DNA of 64,000 nucleotides, taken from positions 96,270 through 160,269 of the forward strand of contig NMRA01000452.1 in assembly GCA_002633005.1 (NCBI GenBank), written 5' to 3'. Origin of the DNA: Phoronis australis (lineage: Eukaryota > Animalia > Phoronida). A program made the translations under genes and the position numbers. Of this stretch, positions 39,201 through 54,200 are shown in pieces (within the stretch, counting starts at the first letter, position 1; each line of letters begins with the position of its first letter). A model generated the notes under the pieces. That model saw only the letters and a program-made list of their open reading frames with translations, did not search any database and was not told where the DNA came from.

Positions 39201-42200
39201 CACAAACAACTCTGAAAACAGATGAAGTCAGTGAGTCATTGAATTGAAAAACCCCGGCCACAAAAGCTTGTTTGGGACCTTGCTGTGCAACGCTCCACAA
39301 AGTCATTCCTGGAGGAAATGTTTTTCCAGACGGTCAAACAGAAAGAAACGCAATTTAAAGCCAACATCACTATGCTAGTCTTACCACTCAATCATTAACA
39401 TTCTGTTTAGACAGTCCTCGCCACACGCCACCACGCCCGTCGACCGATCCTCTTTACTGGTAGTACAATCACACAGCATGCGCCGTACCTCCTTAGAGTT
39501 TCTCGACTTCTTCCTAAAATACCAATTTGAAATAAGCCTTAATACAGAAGACACTTTCTACTGATCAATATCGGAGCATTGTTTAAACTGATGTGACAAT
39601 CTTTTGACTTTTCTAATAGGTGAAAAAGAGTAAAAGTATATCTGAACAGAAATTTAATGCACTTTCCATTTACTAAGATATAGAAATTGGAGAATGACAC
39701 AAGAATCACAGGTAAGTGGAGAATGACACGAGAATCACAGGTAAGTGGAGAATGACACGAGAATCACAGGTAAGTGGAGAATGACACAAGAATCACAGGT
39801 AAAACTGCTATAAACAGTCACATGTTTTGTCAAAGAAACAAGCTTTCAAACGCACTGAAATGGTATCAACTTGTTCCTGAATCAGGTGAGGACGGAATTT
39901 TGGACAAGCAACAGACCTCATTCGGCGCATACAATGACAGTTTGATAGTACAACAGACCACACTCGGCACATACAATGATAATTTGATAGTACAAGAGAC
40001 CTCACTTGGTACATACAATGACAGTTTGTCAGAACAAGAGACCTCACTCAGCACACAAATGACAGTTAGATAGTACAATACACCACACCTTTTGGCCTTG
40101 TAAGTGAACACCACAAAACAGACCTGTTGGACAGGAACAAGTTCTCTTCCAGAGCTTCAAAGACAGGCGGCTTGTTTTCTTTCTCCTCCTTGGCTTCTCT
40201 CTGAGGTGACGTGTCCGAGTCGCTCATTTTGTCTTCACTGTCGAGTCGTTCGAGTTTCAAGACCGGAACTTTGAATTCTTGTCCTGACAATGGTTAGAAA
40301 ACACGAATGACAAGGGCAAAAATTATTTGTATGCTTGAAAAGATAAAAAAATCAAAAGGTAACTTAGTTGGACGTAATTGGGTGGTGAGGTGGGCACATT
40401 AACAGAGCACTGTAACTGTGCACCAAACTGAACATAAACCAAGTACCATAAAACTCCTTAAGTCAGTAAAGCTCTTAGGTACAGTTGTTCCAGGGCATGC
40501 ACTTCCAAGTCGGATTTCGCCTTACTCGCATTAAATCACTTGGTCGGGTTGCATCCGACTAATGCAAGTTTTGTTGTTCTCACAAGATCATACACGTCAA
40601 ATTCTATATTTGTATTGAAAAGATAATTATGTAGTCCCAATCAGACTTGAAAAACTAAAACAATATCAGAATCAGATGCAACTATTCATAATGTGCAGAC
40701 AGAAATAAATTGCTAGAAATTTGAGCCAACATACCTTTTACGTCAAGACCTGGCACCTCCGTTCTCGCCGTCATACCATCCGATGGATCCCAAGCAGAGT
40801 TGTCCGATTTCTCATCTGCCGACAACTTCCCCGCAGAGGTCTCTGGCGTTGTCTCCATCTCACATGCACGTGACCACCTTGACTTTAGCTTCCACACCTT
40901 GGATGGACTCGGAGACACGGCAGCTGCATCAGTATCCATGGTGACTGTCCGAGCCGGAAGCGGGATAGATACCTCAGGTGTGAATGAAATCATTACCTGG
41001 CCGTGCTGACCCTTAGTCGGTGTCTCTTTGTCCCCTGATGGCTCCACCCTTTCTTTCTCCTTTTCTTTACGTTTACGTTCCAACTCCTCTTTCTTCCGTT
41101 GTTTTTCTTCTTGCAGCTGACGCACACGATCTTCGGTATCCTGTGAAGCAAATTAGTGTAACAAACCCATTATACAGTCACGGTGTCCTCACTTCAGTGT
41201 AAGCAATACCTTAAATCTCTTGTTTACCAGTGACGATCTAGAACAAACTGAAGTTTTAATTCACTCAGTGCAAGCAAAAAGCATCTACACCAAAAGCAAC
41301 AGAAGCCCACAAAGGATGGAAAATTTCAAGCGGCTAAATCTGTGTTCCATTTAATCTCTTGAACAAGATCACATACCACTCACGTGATCACGGTTTGTTC
41401 CCAACACCAAGGGCACGTGATCACAGTTTGGCAACATTCAGGCGAGTATTTTGGACAAATTTGAAGACTTAGAACCGAATTTTGCTCCACTTTGCTGGCT
41501 AAAAATGGGAGCAACCGATTTCAACATGCATAATCACAATTTAAGGGTTGGGTAATTCCAATATACTCCGTGTTTTGGGAAGTCGCTGGTGTTTTTGATG
41601 TTCTTTTTGGCAACATAAATAGAATCCTATTATGATAAGGAATATGACGAGTCCAATTTCACAAGAGTAAAAAGTCAGATAAATAAGGCAAATTGCAGCT
41701 TTAATTGTACTACAAAGTTAGCTTGACACGTGCTCACCTGTTTCTTTGTGGTCTCAATACTCTTCAATCGTCTGCTCCGGCGACGTTGCCCTGCATCATC
41801 TGCCTCGTCTCTGGCCTCGTTGTCCGCCCCAATCTCCGCTGACATTGTTTCAGTTATGACGCTGTTGTCAGCAAAAAGAGCGTCAGTGACCAGGCGTCTC
41901 AGCTCAGGTGGCAGCTCCACTTTCTTCGGCACACTGCCGTTATCGGCACCACTACCAGCGGACCTGTGCAAGACGCTCTGCTCCATGGAAACAACTGGCA
42001 ACGTTGAGGTTGCCGAGGTGGTGCTAGAGAATGTTGCAGTCACTGTGTCTGTCACTATGGTGGTTACGTCGCTGACATCGGATTTCAGATTCGTCGATAC
42101 AACACTGTTCAGCAGGGTGTCACTAACTGTAGTGCTAGTGGCTAGTGTCACTGTCACCTCCGACTTTCCTTTTGTAATTTCCTCCACAGTTTCATCATTG

Positions 42201-45200
42201 ACCTTATCACCACCACTACCACTTTGATCTAGCATGCCAGATTTGACAGGTTTATTCACGACCCTGTTACCTTCATAACCACCCTCCCCCACTGGAGAAT
42301 GCTGGGAAGCATTGTCAGCCCCTTGTCTACCCAGCAGCTTAAACTTGAGAAGAGGTGGCTTCGTGCCCTGATTCGATATCGGAGATTTTTGAGCCTCCAT
42401 TTTGTTCGCAGGCATTTGTTGACCAACAACAGGGATGGCCTGTAGAACTGTTCTGGCTTTGTGCTTTGGTTCCTCCTCCTTCACCTGTGGTGGCGGCACA
42501 GCTGGAAGAGGTATTGGTGGCAGACCAATGTACTTCTCACTTTGACTTTGTGGGCCAGGAGCTGGTTGTGTTACAGATTGTGGAGGAGGCTTAGAGAAGT
42601 AGCCTTGATGTTGCACCTGGTACGGAACGTGACTGTATTCATTACGCATTGGACCAGCTTCTGGTATACGAGGTGCCGGTGGATTATGGAGAGGACGATT
42701 AAGCAGAGGGCGAGGTGGTACCATGGGAGGTGGTCCACGCTGCTGATTTATGTGCTGATTTGGAAACACTGGTGCCCCCATCTGGTTGGCATAACGAGGC
42801 TCCAAGCTAGGATGATAAGGTGGCATCGTTTGCCCTGGAAATGGCAGCATCTGATTTGGAGGCATCTGACCAGGTTGCATGTGACCCGGTTGTATCTGAC
42901 CCGGTTGCATCTGACCCGGTTGTATCTGACTTGATTGTATCTGACCCGGTTGTATCTGACCCAGTTGCATCTGAACCGGTTGCATCTGACCTTGTGGCAC
43001 CTGACCTTGTGGCATCTGACCTTGTGGCCCACGACCCACTGTCATGGATAACTGCCCAGAATAGTCCTGATGGTGAGAGAACATGGCTGGGTACATTTGG
43101 TCTTGGCCAGACGGAGGTTGTTGGTACAGCTGGGATGCTGGGCTGTAGTGCGCTTGAAGGTGAGGGAAGCCAGATGCTGGAGCTGGAGCAATGGCAGCAC
43201 CAGTCTGGGCTTGGGGATTGCTGTGCATGCTGGGTATTGTCCGCAGGATGCCACCACTGTCTCCAGGAGCACGGCCAGGGTGAGGCGACTTAGCAGAGTG
43301 AGCAGTTGAATCGTTAGAGGATTCGTCTTGGAGCGGAGTACCTGGGGACATGGACATGTCCCGACTTATACGATCGTCCTGGTTGTGCCTGGGAGTGGAG
43401 TTATTTCGCGACCTGATGTCGCGGTGCTGAGAACGATTCCTACTGCGGTGAGCAGATCCCGATCTCCTCCTGCGACGAGGTGATTTAGACCGTCTTCGTG
43501 GAGACCTAGAAGGTCTTCTACGCCGTCTCCGTGGCGAAATAGACCTCCTTCTAGGTGGGGAGCCTCGCCTTCTTTTTGGTGATGGTGTTCGTCTCCTCGG
43601 TGACTTGGACCTTCGCCGTGGTGATATTGATCGTCTGCGCGGAGACCTACGTCTTGGTGACACAGACCTACGGCGTGGTGACAAAGAATCTCTTCTAGGA
43701 GAGGAGTGATTACGATTTCGAGGAGATGGAGACCTGCGATCTCTTGATCTTGACCGCCTACCCCTGTAACTATCACGTCCACGTTTTCGATCAGGACGGC
43801 CATAATCATCAGAGGGTCTCGACCTATAACCCTCCCTCCCACGGTATGACCGACGATCGTCATAGTCACGCCTAGGACTACGTCTTGGTCGGCTCTCACG
43901 AGGACTAGGGCTGCGACTTCTCTGTCTGAATTTGTCTCCAAACTGTGACACTGGCTCTTGAGGGATTTGCGACACTGGAGCTTCACTCATAACAACGCCA
44001 ATGCTCTCAGGCTGGAGTGGCTCTGGCATGTTCTGAGCCTGAACAACAGGTATAATATTCTCTACGGGCTCTGGCTGATAGGGGGAGTTGCCATCGGGGA
44101 TCTGACCATCTTCTAAGGAATCATTCATGGTCTCTTGATTGTGACATAGAGAATCGGTAACAGGAAGGCTGACTGGCTGATTGACACTTGGTCCAGGCCC
44201 AGACTCAACATCAGGCATGAGTGTATCAGATGAAGCTGGCTCTTTCTCAAATGGCGCAAAAGGTTTTTGTTCCTCGACTTCTTCATCAAAAACTGATGGC
44301 TTCAACCGACTTGTTTTGACCGCTATGCTAAATGCTAAGGTTGCTTTTGAAGTTTGAGTGTGTTTTCCAATTGTAGATTCAATAGGTCTTAATTCACTTG
44401 GTTTCTTTGACATGCCATCACCCACATCAGCATCACTTGGTTTCTTTGATACGTCATCACTCTCACTTGGTTTCTTCGACACTCCATCACCCATATGAAC
44501 ATCACTTGGTTTCTTCGACATGCCATCACCCATAAGAACATCACTTGGTTTCTTCGACATGCCATCACCCACATGAACATCACTTGGTTTCTTCAACACG
44601 CCATCACCCACATGAACATCACTTGGTTTCTTCGACATGCCATCATCCACATGAACATCACTTGGTTTCTTCGACATGCCATCATCCACATGAACATCAC
44701 TTGGTTTCTTCGACATGCCATCATCCACATGAACATCGCTGTCATGACATTTAGCTTTCCACTTATCTTTGACAATGTTTCGTTGTTCAGGAGAGTCATT
44801 AAGTTTTGTCTCATGCCTGCCCAAGTCACTATTTTCAAGGTTACGTCCCTGAGGAGCGCCATCAACTTTTGTTTCACGTCTACTCAACTCACCTTGGTCA
44901 AGGACACGCTGTTCAGAAGAGTCTTCAGGTTTTGTTTCATGCTTTCTCAACTTATCAGTGACCTTCTCGCTTGGTGGAGGAATGTTAGCTAAATTAAAAA
45001 CCCCGTCCGTGCCATAAGCATCAACCTTGAGAGCGAATGCAGGTGAGCTTGACACCACCTCCAAACACTTAGGGGGCTTAGGCAAAGGTGTTGGAATACT
45101 GGATAGATCGATAACTTGATTCAATTTGTTCACACTTGGCATAGGTTGTGGAATGTCCTCCAAATTAAATGAGTACTTCTCTGTGCATGAATTCTCAGCT

Positions 45201-48200
45201 GCCTGTCTTGGGGTTTCATTTGGAGCATCTACGAACTTCTGAGAGATGTCACTGCGTAACTCCTTTTTACTGTCACATTTTAAAGACACAGTTTTGACAT
45301 CAGAACTCAGCTGGTCCTGGTCCTCGTTAATATCTGTATCAACACTGCTGGAATATTTTCTGTTTTCTAAGCTATCAGCTTTTACAATTCCCTTTCGATC
45401 CGTGATGAGGTCTTCAACAGTTTCCTTCCTGGAACCATGCTTTTTACTTTTATCGCCTACCATTGTGGTATCACAACCTAGATCTGGCCCTTTCCCACTT
45501 GCAAACCTTTCACACCTTTCATTGTCTGCCACTGCTCTAGCCACAGCTTCCTTACTCTCCTTCCCATCAACAGATTTCTCACCAGCTCGGTGCTCAACAG
45601 CAGTGACGTGACCATGAAGGTTTTTCCTGTCCATTTCCTGGGGAGCCTTCAGATCTGTTGTTCCCATTTCCTCAGTTTCACTGTCACTGCTGTCACTGGA
45701 ACTGCTACTATCATCACTGCTACTGCTGCTGTTGCTGCTGCTGCTGCTCCCTGATTGGCTGCTTGAGCTCGAACTTGATGACCTATCACGTTGGATATTT
45801 TTGGAAGATTTTGATTTTGGAGATGGGCATTGTTTCATTTTCGCCTTACTTAACGACTGTTCCAAATGACCAGATGACAGTCTTCTCCCTCCCTTTGAAT
45901 GTTCAATGTTCTTGTCAGCTGGATAGCCAACATGTGAATCAACATGTTCCCCACCATCTTTGTCAGAGGTGGGATGCAACAGGTTCTCAGAGTCGATTTT
46001 ATGGTGCCTCTTGGCCTTGGTTCCTTCCTCACCAGAGATGTCTACTTCTTCAGGCTTTTTATCTCTGGTAACTTTCTGAGTGCTTCTACGCTTTTCATCC
46101 TTTTTGGAAACTGGAGATGATTTCGACGACTTATCCCGTTCAGTATAGCCCTGGACTTCCATTTCACTCTGCTCAGGACTGTGTGAGTCCTCGTGATGTT
46201 TGCCTTTAAAACTCCTGCTCTCATCAGTACTTAGTTTATCTCCAATTCTCCTTTCGGGACTTTGTGAAGCTCTATGCAACTTTTTCCTCCCTGGCTCTAC
46301 AGAAGTTGTTTTGTGCGAACTTTTGTATCTGCTTTCAGGGCTGACAGATCTGTTATGTCTTGGACTTGAGTAAATTCTGTCTTCATTGCACCTAACGTCA
46401 GACTCCGGACTCAGTGACTTTCTCCTATCCATCCTTTTTGATTTTGCTTTTGATTCATAACTGTACCTGTCATCTTGTGAGTTATCCCTTTGTTCACTGC
46501 TAATGGACCTATCAATGCTTCCTTCTTTTGGCGTTCTGCTAACATGGCCGACTTTGTCAACCTTGTGATACGGAGACTTTCGTCGCTCTTCAGGACTGCG
46601 AGATTTCTCAAAAATATCACATTTGTTCTTATCTCTGTGCTCGTGACTTGCTGATTTCATAACTGGCTGAGGGCTACGAGGTGACCGCCTGTGTTTGCTT
46701 CTTTCATGACTCTTGACTGTCAGTTCAGACGATCTCTTTTCTACACTGTCCTTGACATGGCCTCTAGAATATGGCATTTCTTCAAGACTAGGTGATCGTT
46801 TCCTCCTGTGTCCACCAGTGTCTCTAGTGTCGGGACTTCTCGATGCACAGCTGGCCTTGGGACTAGACGACAGTCTTGATCGTCGGCCGACTCTAGGACT
46901 AAGAGATTTTTTCTCAATTCTATGTCGGCTGCCAGAGTGGCTTTTCCTATTCTCTGGACTGGGTGATCTTCTGGTCTTTTCAGTCTTTGTTTGCCTTGTA
47001 GGAGACGAAACTCTCAAGTGCTCTTCATTGTTGCAAGGTTTAGACTCAGCTTCCAGACTTTCAGATCTCCTGCTGGCAATCCTCTGATCTTTTGAAGATC
47101 TTCCAAACTCTGAAATAGGTGACTTGTCATTCGTAGACACTCTTCGTGATGTAGGACTCTCCGATCGGCGTGATGAACTGGACTGGTTCTTATTCTTAGC
47201 ATCAGAGCTGCGTGATCGCTTACACCATGAGCTACGCTCCTTTTCCGGACTGCATGAACTCTCCCTCCTAGTACGCTCTGGAGTAAGACTTTTCCTGTGC
47301 TTGTTTCGTTCTTGAGTACCTTCATCATGATGTCTCCTGTCTCTCGATGAGTGCGAGTAGTCTTTGTTGCGAGGGCTAGAGCTTCGTCTAGTTTGTCTAT
47401 GTTCAACACTCCCAGAACGGCTGCAATGATCCTTATGAGGCTTTGTATGCAATTCTCTATCTCTGGATGTGTGTTCTTTGCTACTATATACACTACTCCT
47501 ACTATGCTCATTATCACATCTGCTCAACTTCAATTTCTCTTCAACATGCTCAGCAGCTTGAGCTGCTAAGTTTTGCAGCTTAGATTTTACCGAGATCGGT
47601 TGTATGAGCAATTCCGACACTGACTCCAAGGTCGGCTTGGAACTCTCAACTGTGGTTTCACTCTTTCGATCAGGGCGAACAGGTGATGGGTTCACATCAC
47701 TGTCAGCAGTTTCCTCACCTTCAGTTTGCGACTCAGAATCATCTGTATAGGCAACCAGTCTCTTCACAGCCTTCAGTTGGAAACTGATTTTGGAGTTGAG
47801 CTCCTTTTGCCCACTTGGCTTTGTTCCTGCGTCTTTTTGCTTAAGTCCCAAAGAGAACGATCCTTTTTTCCCAATCCCAAATGAGTGCTTAGCAAAAGAA
47901 GCCAGGCTGGTTTGAGAGCCAGAGTTCTGAAGCTGGTTAGCTCTAGCTTCCATTATTAATTTTTGAGCAGGTCTCAAAACAGGCTGCGGGAGGGTCTGTT
48001 TCACGTCAGCTGCTGATGCCAGGCTGACTTCTTGCAGTTGCACATTGCCATCATTAGTTTGAGTAGCATCTTTGCGAGGTTCTTTTGGGGGAGGTGGCGG
48101 CGGTGGCTCCTCACCATCCTTCTCGTGCCCAGTGTTTGAAGCCAAGACACTGACAGGTAGACACGGACTTGGCTTGCATTGACTCTTAGCAACTGCTTGG

Positions 48201-51200
48201 ATTCTGTCCACAGGAGGTAGAGATACTGCGTGCCCATCTAGTTGTCTCAATTTGGTTGCCGCCACGGCACTTTTCTTACCTTCAAAACCTAAAGCGTGTG
48301 GATTCGGACGTGACTTGGGTGCAGCGTGTGAACCGGCCATCTTTGGCCATGGACGTACAGGAGGAATATTTCTGTTAGCAGTCGGAGGTAGTGGTATATC
48401 ACTGAGTGGGTCGGCAATACCAACATTCTGATTTGCAGAAGCTGGATTAGTAATGGAAAGTTTCTGGCCCGGTAAAGGAATATCTGTTGGTAATAATATT
48501 ACAGTCGGAGCTATGCTCGCAGGGCTCGACTTCTCAGTGTCCTCAGAGGACACTTTGGGTCTACGCTGGGACTCAGAAGACTCCGAATCTTTTGCAGCTG
48601 AAGTCTGTCTTTTATCAACTTTCTTTTTATCATAGCATGGACTGGCACAAACAGTGGTGCCATCTTTGGTCACATCTGACTGATCCCCTTGCCGTGGCTC
48701 CTGTTCCAGTTCTTGCGAAATTTCAGTGTTTAGTGAACAATCTTCTTCAGGTTTGGCTGGCCCTGGACTGACACACGGACTGTCCTCTCTACAAAAAATA
48801 AGAAAAATTTGAGGTCATACTATACCAGCAATGTCATGACACAGGCAGGTGTGTTATCAATAAGATTTACTACTGTTCTTCACCAACATTAAACTGGTTA
48901 AGACTTGTTTTCCCAAATTCTGAAAGCTACAAAAATCTAGCACTATGGACCATCTGTTTAAATTCAAACTACACATCAATCAAAATGGCCACAGCTATTA
49001 GACAGGTGGTGTCTACACTCAGTTACTATAAGTCCATAGAAAAATAAAACCATTCAAATTGTTTTGAAATACAACTTTTACATCTTCTTGATTGAATTAA
49101 GCAACCTCTATAATTACTCAACAAACACGTTGGCATAAAATTTGATGGAATTAGTTTTCTTCATGAAGGTACTCTTTTCTTTTTGAAGCTAATGCCTGAC
49201 TGAGCAATGAGGAACTAAACAGTACAACAGTGAACTGAAACTGCTAGTACTTCCTGTCTCGATGCTTAGCGTAATGCCAATTTATTTGCATTTGAAATAA
49301 CGTTGCTCTAAAATCTCACCAACTTTAGACAAAAATAATTGCCAGAAATACTTTTTGATTCATTTTTGACGACATTTAACACTGTTGTGAATGACCACAT
49401 TTGTTCAAAATGTTTGTTTGATGGTGTCGCTATAGCATGAAACTGGAACTTGGTACTACTGTATGTTTCATGAAAAAAATGATACAATAAAATTTCACGT
49501 TTGTCGGAAATATTGTCCGAAACTGGTGAGATTTTGAATGAATCAATGTTTTGGAAGTTACTGCAAATTTCGAATCGAATTATAGGTGAATTCTTCTTTG
49601 TGTCTTTTTCTTGCGTAATTGCAAGTGGCAAAAATCAGGCAACTTCGTGGTGACTTAACTAGGTCGCCAAACAACATCTGAGGTCGCATCAGAGAACAGC
49701 AGGTTGCCAAATTGAGCCCTGAGTATGATGCCACAACAGAAAGTAAACACATGGTAAAAACTATTCCACAAAAAAGCATATCCAAACCACGACTCATGTA
49801 CAAACAATGTAATTGATGGTCTGCTTATTCCTTATTAAAAAGCTGGACAGGAAATCGGTCGTCACTGTGCTCACGAGTTACCTCTATTTTTCAGTTCGAG
49901 TAAAGACAAAAAGACAAAAAACAAGACGGTTTTGGGTGAACATTTGTCTCTCACACTTTGGCATAGTTAAACATGTTTGCTTTTTCACTTTCGAATGTTA
50001 GAAACTATGTGTTTGTTTTTGAAGGTCAGGGGTACATTCTAGACATTCTGAGAAGACTGAATGAGCGAAGACAAATCTTAAATTTCAGTGAATTTTAAGA
50101 TAAAATTTGTATCAAGTCCGTTCCAAGAAAAGATCTCAAGTTTGACATAATTTTTTTACTTACCGGATGTGGGACTTTCAAAGTTTAAAAGTTGAGACAA
50201 ATCTTAAAACTTAAGTAACAATGAACATAAATCAGGGCCTCAAGACTTTCGCACCGCCAAATATTAGGCGAGCTCGTTTTCCATTTGATGACATAAGAAT
50301 TTTGCCACGTCTAACTTGGCAAGTTTAAGAGCAGTGACATGTAAATCTAGATGTGACAAATACAATTAGAAATGATACTATTAACCTACAAGCTGCACTT
50401 CACTACAAACCGTACCCTTATCACATATACAGAAGGTTTCGCTAAAATCCCCTGTACACTAACAAACAGGACAAGCCCATCCACTTTCTCCACGGCCTGT
50501 TTTAATGTTTCGTCTCAACCTGTTTGCCAAAACATGTGACGTATTTGAATGGTCCCCTTAATACTTGAATGGACCCTGACACATTTGGATTGCTTGGTGC
50601 TGATTGTTATGTAAATAAAAAGTATGAACCAACAGTTTGCATACAAGTTGTAATCAGTTATAAATTGAACAAAGGTTAATGTGCTTTGTGCAGTACTGTG
50701 CATTACTCTCTCACTATTTCAGGTAACAAGGCAGGTATGTGCACTTGCATTTAAACTACAAAGACCATGAACCGCAGCATGCTTCCAGCACGTTTGTTGC
50801 TGAGCACAATTTCGACATGTTTGGGTGTTCAGTTGTGGAGAACACTATCGCTGTTTGCTGACGTTTTGGGAAGTTTGGCAACCAGTCTACGCTTCCAAAC
50901 TTTTCTTTTCAATCTCCGACAAACTCTTGCTAGCAAACTGCCAAACTGTTTGATTGTATTTGGTAACCCATCCACACTAGTAAACTTTTGTTTGAACACT
51001 ATACCATCAGTTTGGCCAAGTTTGTTTACAAAAGGTTCACCAGAGCAGACTGTGTTTAAATGCAAATTTTGATTGAAATCTCATTTCTTCCATACCAAAA
51101 TATTACAAAGTTGACCTTTTCCATTCTGAAAGGTCATCTAACACTGTGGTGAATGGCAGCAAATTTTTCACAATATTGTCTTTTATATTGCAGAACTTGA

Positions 51201-54200
51201 ACTTACTTTAGGGTTACATATCTCTTGACAGAAAAATGAGGAAATACAATTTCACCAGTTAGCTGTGTTGTGCCCTAAATAGTGGAGCTTTAATACATGT
51301 ACATAACGCACAAGTCTTCTAAATATGAGAACTAACAAATGCGAGAGCAGAGGAGGGAGTTTGGGCCTGTTGAGAACAGTGGAACTGTATTTTACAAATC
51401 TTCCTGGACTTAACAAAAACAAACTTTTTAACTGGGAAGTTCAATGTAACCAAATCAGTTTCGCCACAGTTAGGTTTGTTGTCTGGAAGGCTGCACAAAG
51501 TTGAACATACTCGACCTCTCTGCAACTTGTCGCCCAACACTTGTAATATATCGCGTGGCGTACAAGTCATTCACAATGTGTAATTTTGGAGTCAGCCCAT
51601 GCGGTACGTGACATGTGTATTTGTTGCAAAGATCCAAGCGAAGGCATTCGTGAGCACAATGGTTCACCCATAACACAATGTAACCACTCAGTGGTTCAAG
51701 TAAGTCGCCAAAACCTATGGTTAACAACCAAAATGTTAAAAAACCTTCACATCAACAACTGAACATTGGGTTAACTACCGCATAAGTAGAGAAATATTGT
51801 CACAAGTCAACAGCCAATATATAACTGGTCACAGGAGTATTAATAAGAAATGAGCATTGTCACATTTCGTTGCCTAATTAGTTATACATAACACCAATTA
51901 AGCCTAGCAGTTCTGACCATTCATAACCATTCCTGCAGATTTCATTTGAAGAGCAAGTAACCTAGGATCAATAAGCCAGACATGTACAAGTGTTCAGGGT
52001 CTGGCTTCCATGTGGCTACAGCTGACCTTTGTCAAGGCTAACTGTGGCTATAAATAGATCTCACCCAGTTTAGTGATCAGAACTGAAACCAGAAGTAACA
52101 GCATACATAACAGGCTCATTGCCAGTGGTAATTCATTGAATACCAGCTTTGCACATTCCGACAGAAGAAATGCCATCTAATTATAGACAAACCAAGTCGA
52201 CAGTACTGAGGCATTTTGAACAAAATCGAAAACAGTGTCACTGTTGCTAGAATTAAGCATAATTCACCACATAGTACATACAGTTTTCAAAACGCATCAC
52301 TACAAGAGCTGTGTAGGGCTTTCAATTAGCCAATCAACAATGGTCACGTCCAAAATCCAGCTCTCCTATGTTGTGGAGGTTGAAAAACGAATTGTACGTT
52401 TGACGTAGTGGCCACTGTTTTTCTTACTTCTGATGATGGTGTTTCAATAAACGTCAAAACATGTCAAGCCGTTTTAAATCTGTCGTTGTTTTTATTAGCA
52501 ATGTTTGACGTAGTTTTTTAAATGCTTTGAAAGCTAACAAACATCAGAGCCGAGTTTGGACAGATAAACAAACAAACAACCCTCCCAAACAATTGTCTTA
52601 AGTTCATGGTCTCAAAATTACATTATTATAATTCTGGTGAACAACGATAATACTTCAGTGGTGTTAGAACAACGATTGCGATAATTTTGATATGAATTAG
52701 TGCCTAGAATAGTACGTAACAGTGTGAGAAAATACTGCAGAGCCTTCGTATAACTCTCGTTTCTAGAGGCGGCTATTATCAGTCACGTCATTCAACTGAG
52801 CAATTAAACTTTGATCAGCCAGTTTAGGAGTCACAGGCTCTGACATGCACAAACACACACTTTTGCAATGTCTTACGTGTGTACAGCTGGCCAATGAGCT
52901 TCCACAAGTACAGTCATCCTTCACTTACTTAGAACATAATATGGCCGATAAAGGCGACGAGTAAAATTCTATTTTATCAAATTTCTCCGCAAGAGTAAAG
53001 ATTAACAGTATTTTAGTCTAGTACCAGCATGGTGCGTAGTATGTAGATGATGTCATGAATGAAACAGCAGTAGGTGAAGTTTTTGGATATTTGTAGCCAG
53101 GCAATCAGCTTTCTAAAAATAGAACGAGAGCAACGCAGAGCACTGGCATACACTCACGAATGCACCCCAAAACCGGCTGTTTATTTGTATCGTAAAAACG
53201 GCCGCTACACGGCGTAAAATACGTCGAATCCACCCAAAAACTGGTATGTCATCAAAGCTATTTACCAAATTTCATAAAAGTCCACCAAAGAACTTCTGAG
53301 AAACCGAGGAAAACGGAAAAAAATGAAATTGCCACCAGGAGGCTATGGGCATAAAAAACATATAAATATGTGGGCGCATAAAAACGACCATTTTGGCAAT
53401 TATTTTTGTGAGGATAAGTGCAGAGTTACCAAAGGCATGACTGTTGTTTGTCTACCAGTGGCACAACTACAGATAACTAAAGACTCAAAGTGAAGCAGTA
53501 ACCCCTTTTGAAAACTGTAACTGAGTCCAGAACATGCCACCACTTTTTAACTTTCCACTCAACATGGCCGCCAAAGCCCATGTGCCAAAACAGCATCGTG
53601 CCACTTTGAATACGCACCCCATCTGACACTTACATCGCTAGTGTTTTGCTGTCGTGCTAATCACAAATTTCTATCAACACCATTCTAATGACATTAAAAT
53701 TTTACAAGACGGTGCGTTGGAAAGACAATGCCAAAAAATTGGACACGCTGGGTGAACCCAGTGCAGTGTTCTACACGACCGTTTTGAGCGTGTCACAAAG
53801 ACCGATTTGACCACACTTCCCACTTTTTTGAATATCCTGCAACCGGTTTAAAAAAACTAGGGATCAGTTTGTAAAAAAGACGTCGCCATCATGAACAAAG
53901 TCTTCGTTGGTTCAAACTAAAGTTCATAACAACAGGTCATTGTGCACTGAAACTGAATAAGAGCCAAGTGGTCAGGTGTCGGAATCCTAATCTGCGATGT
54001 CGCTAAAGCCACAGACGGGGATGGTAGTCTATTTATTGTGTAACACAGCTTGTAAACAATCTCTTGAATCAACTTTTCCATTCCACTAGAACTACTAGTC
54101 ATAGTCAGCTGAATTCAAATAAAGGTCCAGTGTGACCTGTTTAGATTTTCAGACGTGGAGAACACTAGGAAAAAGGTCATGGCCATTATTCGAGGACGGC

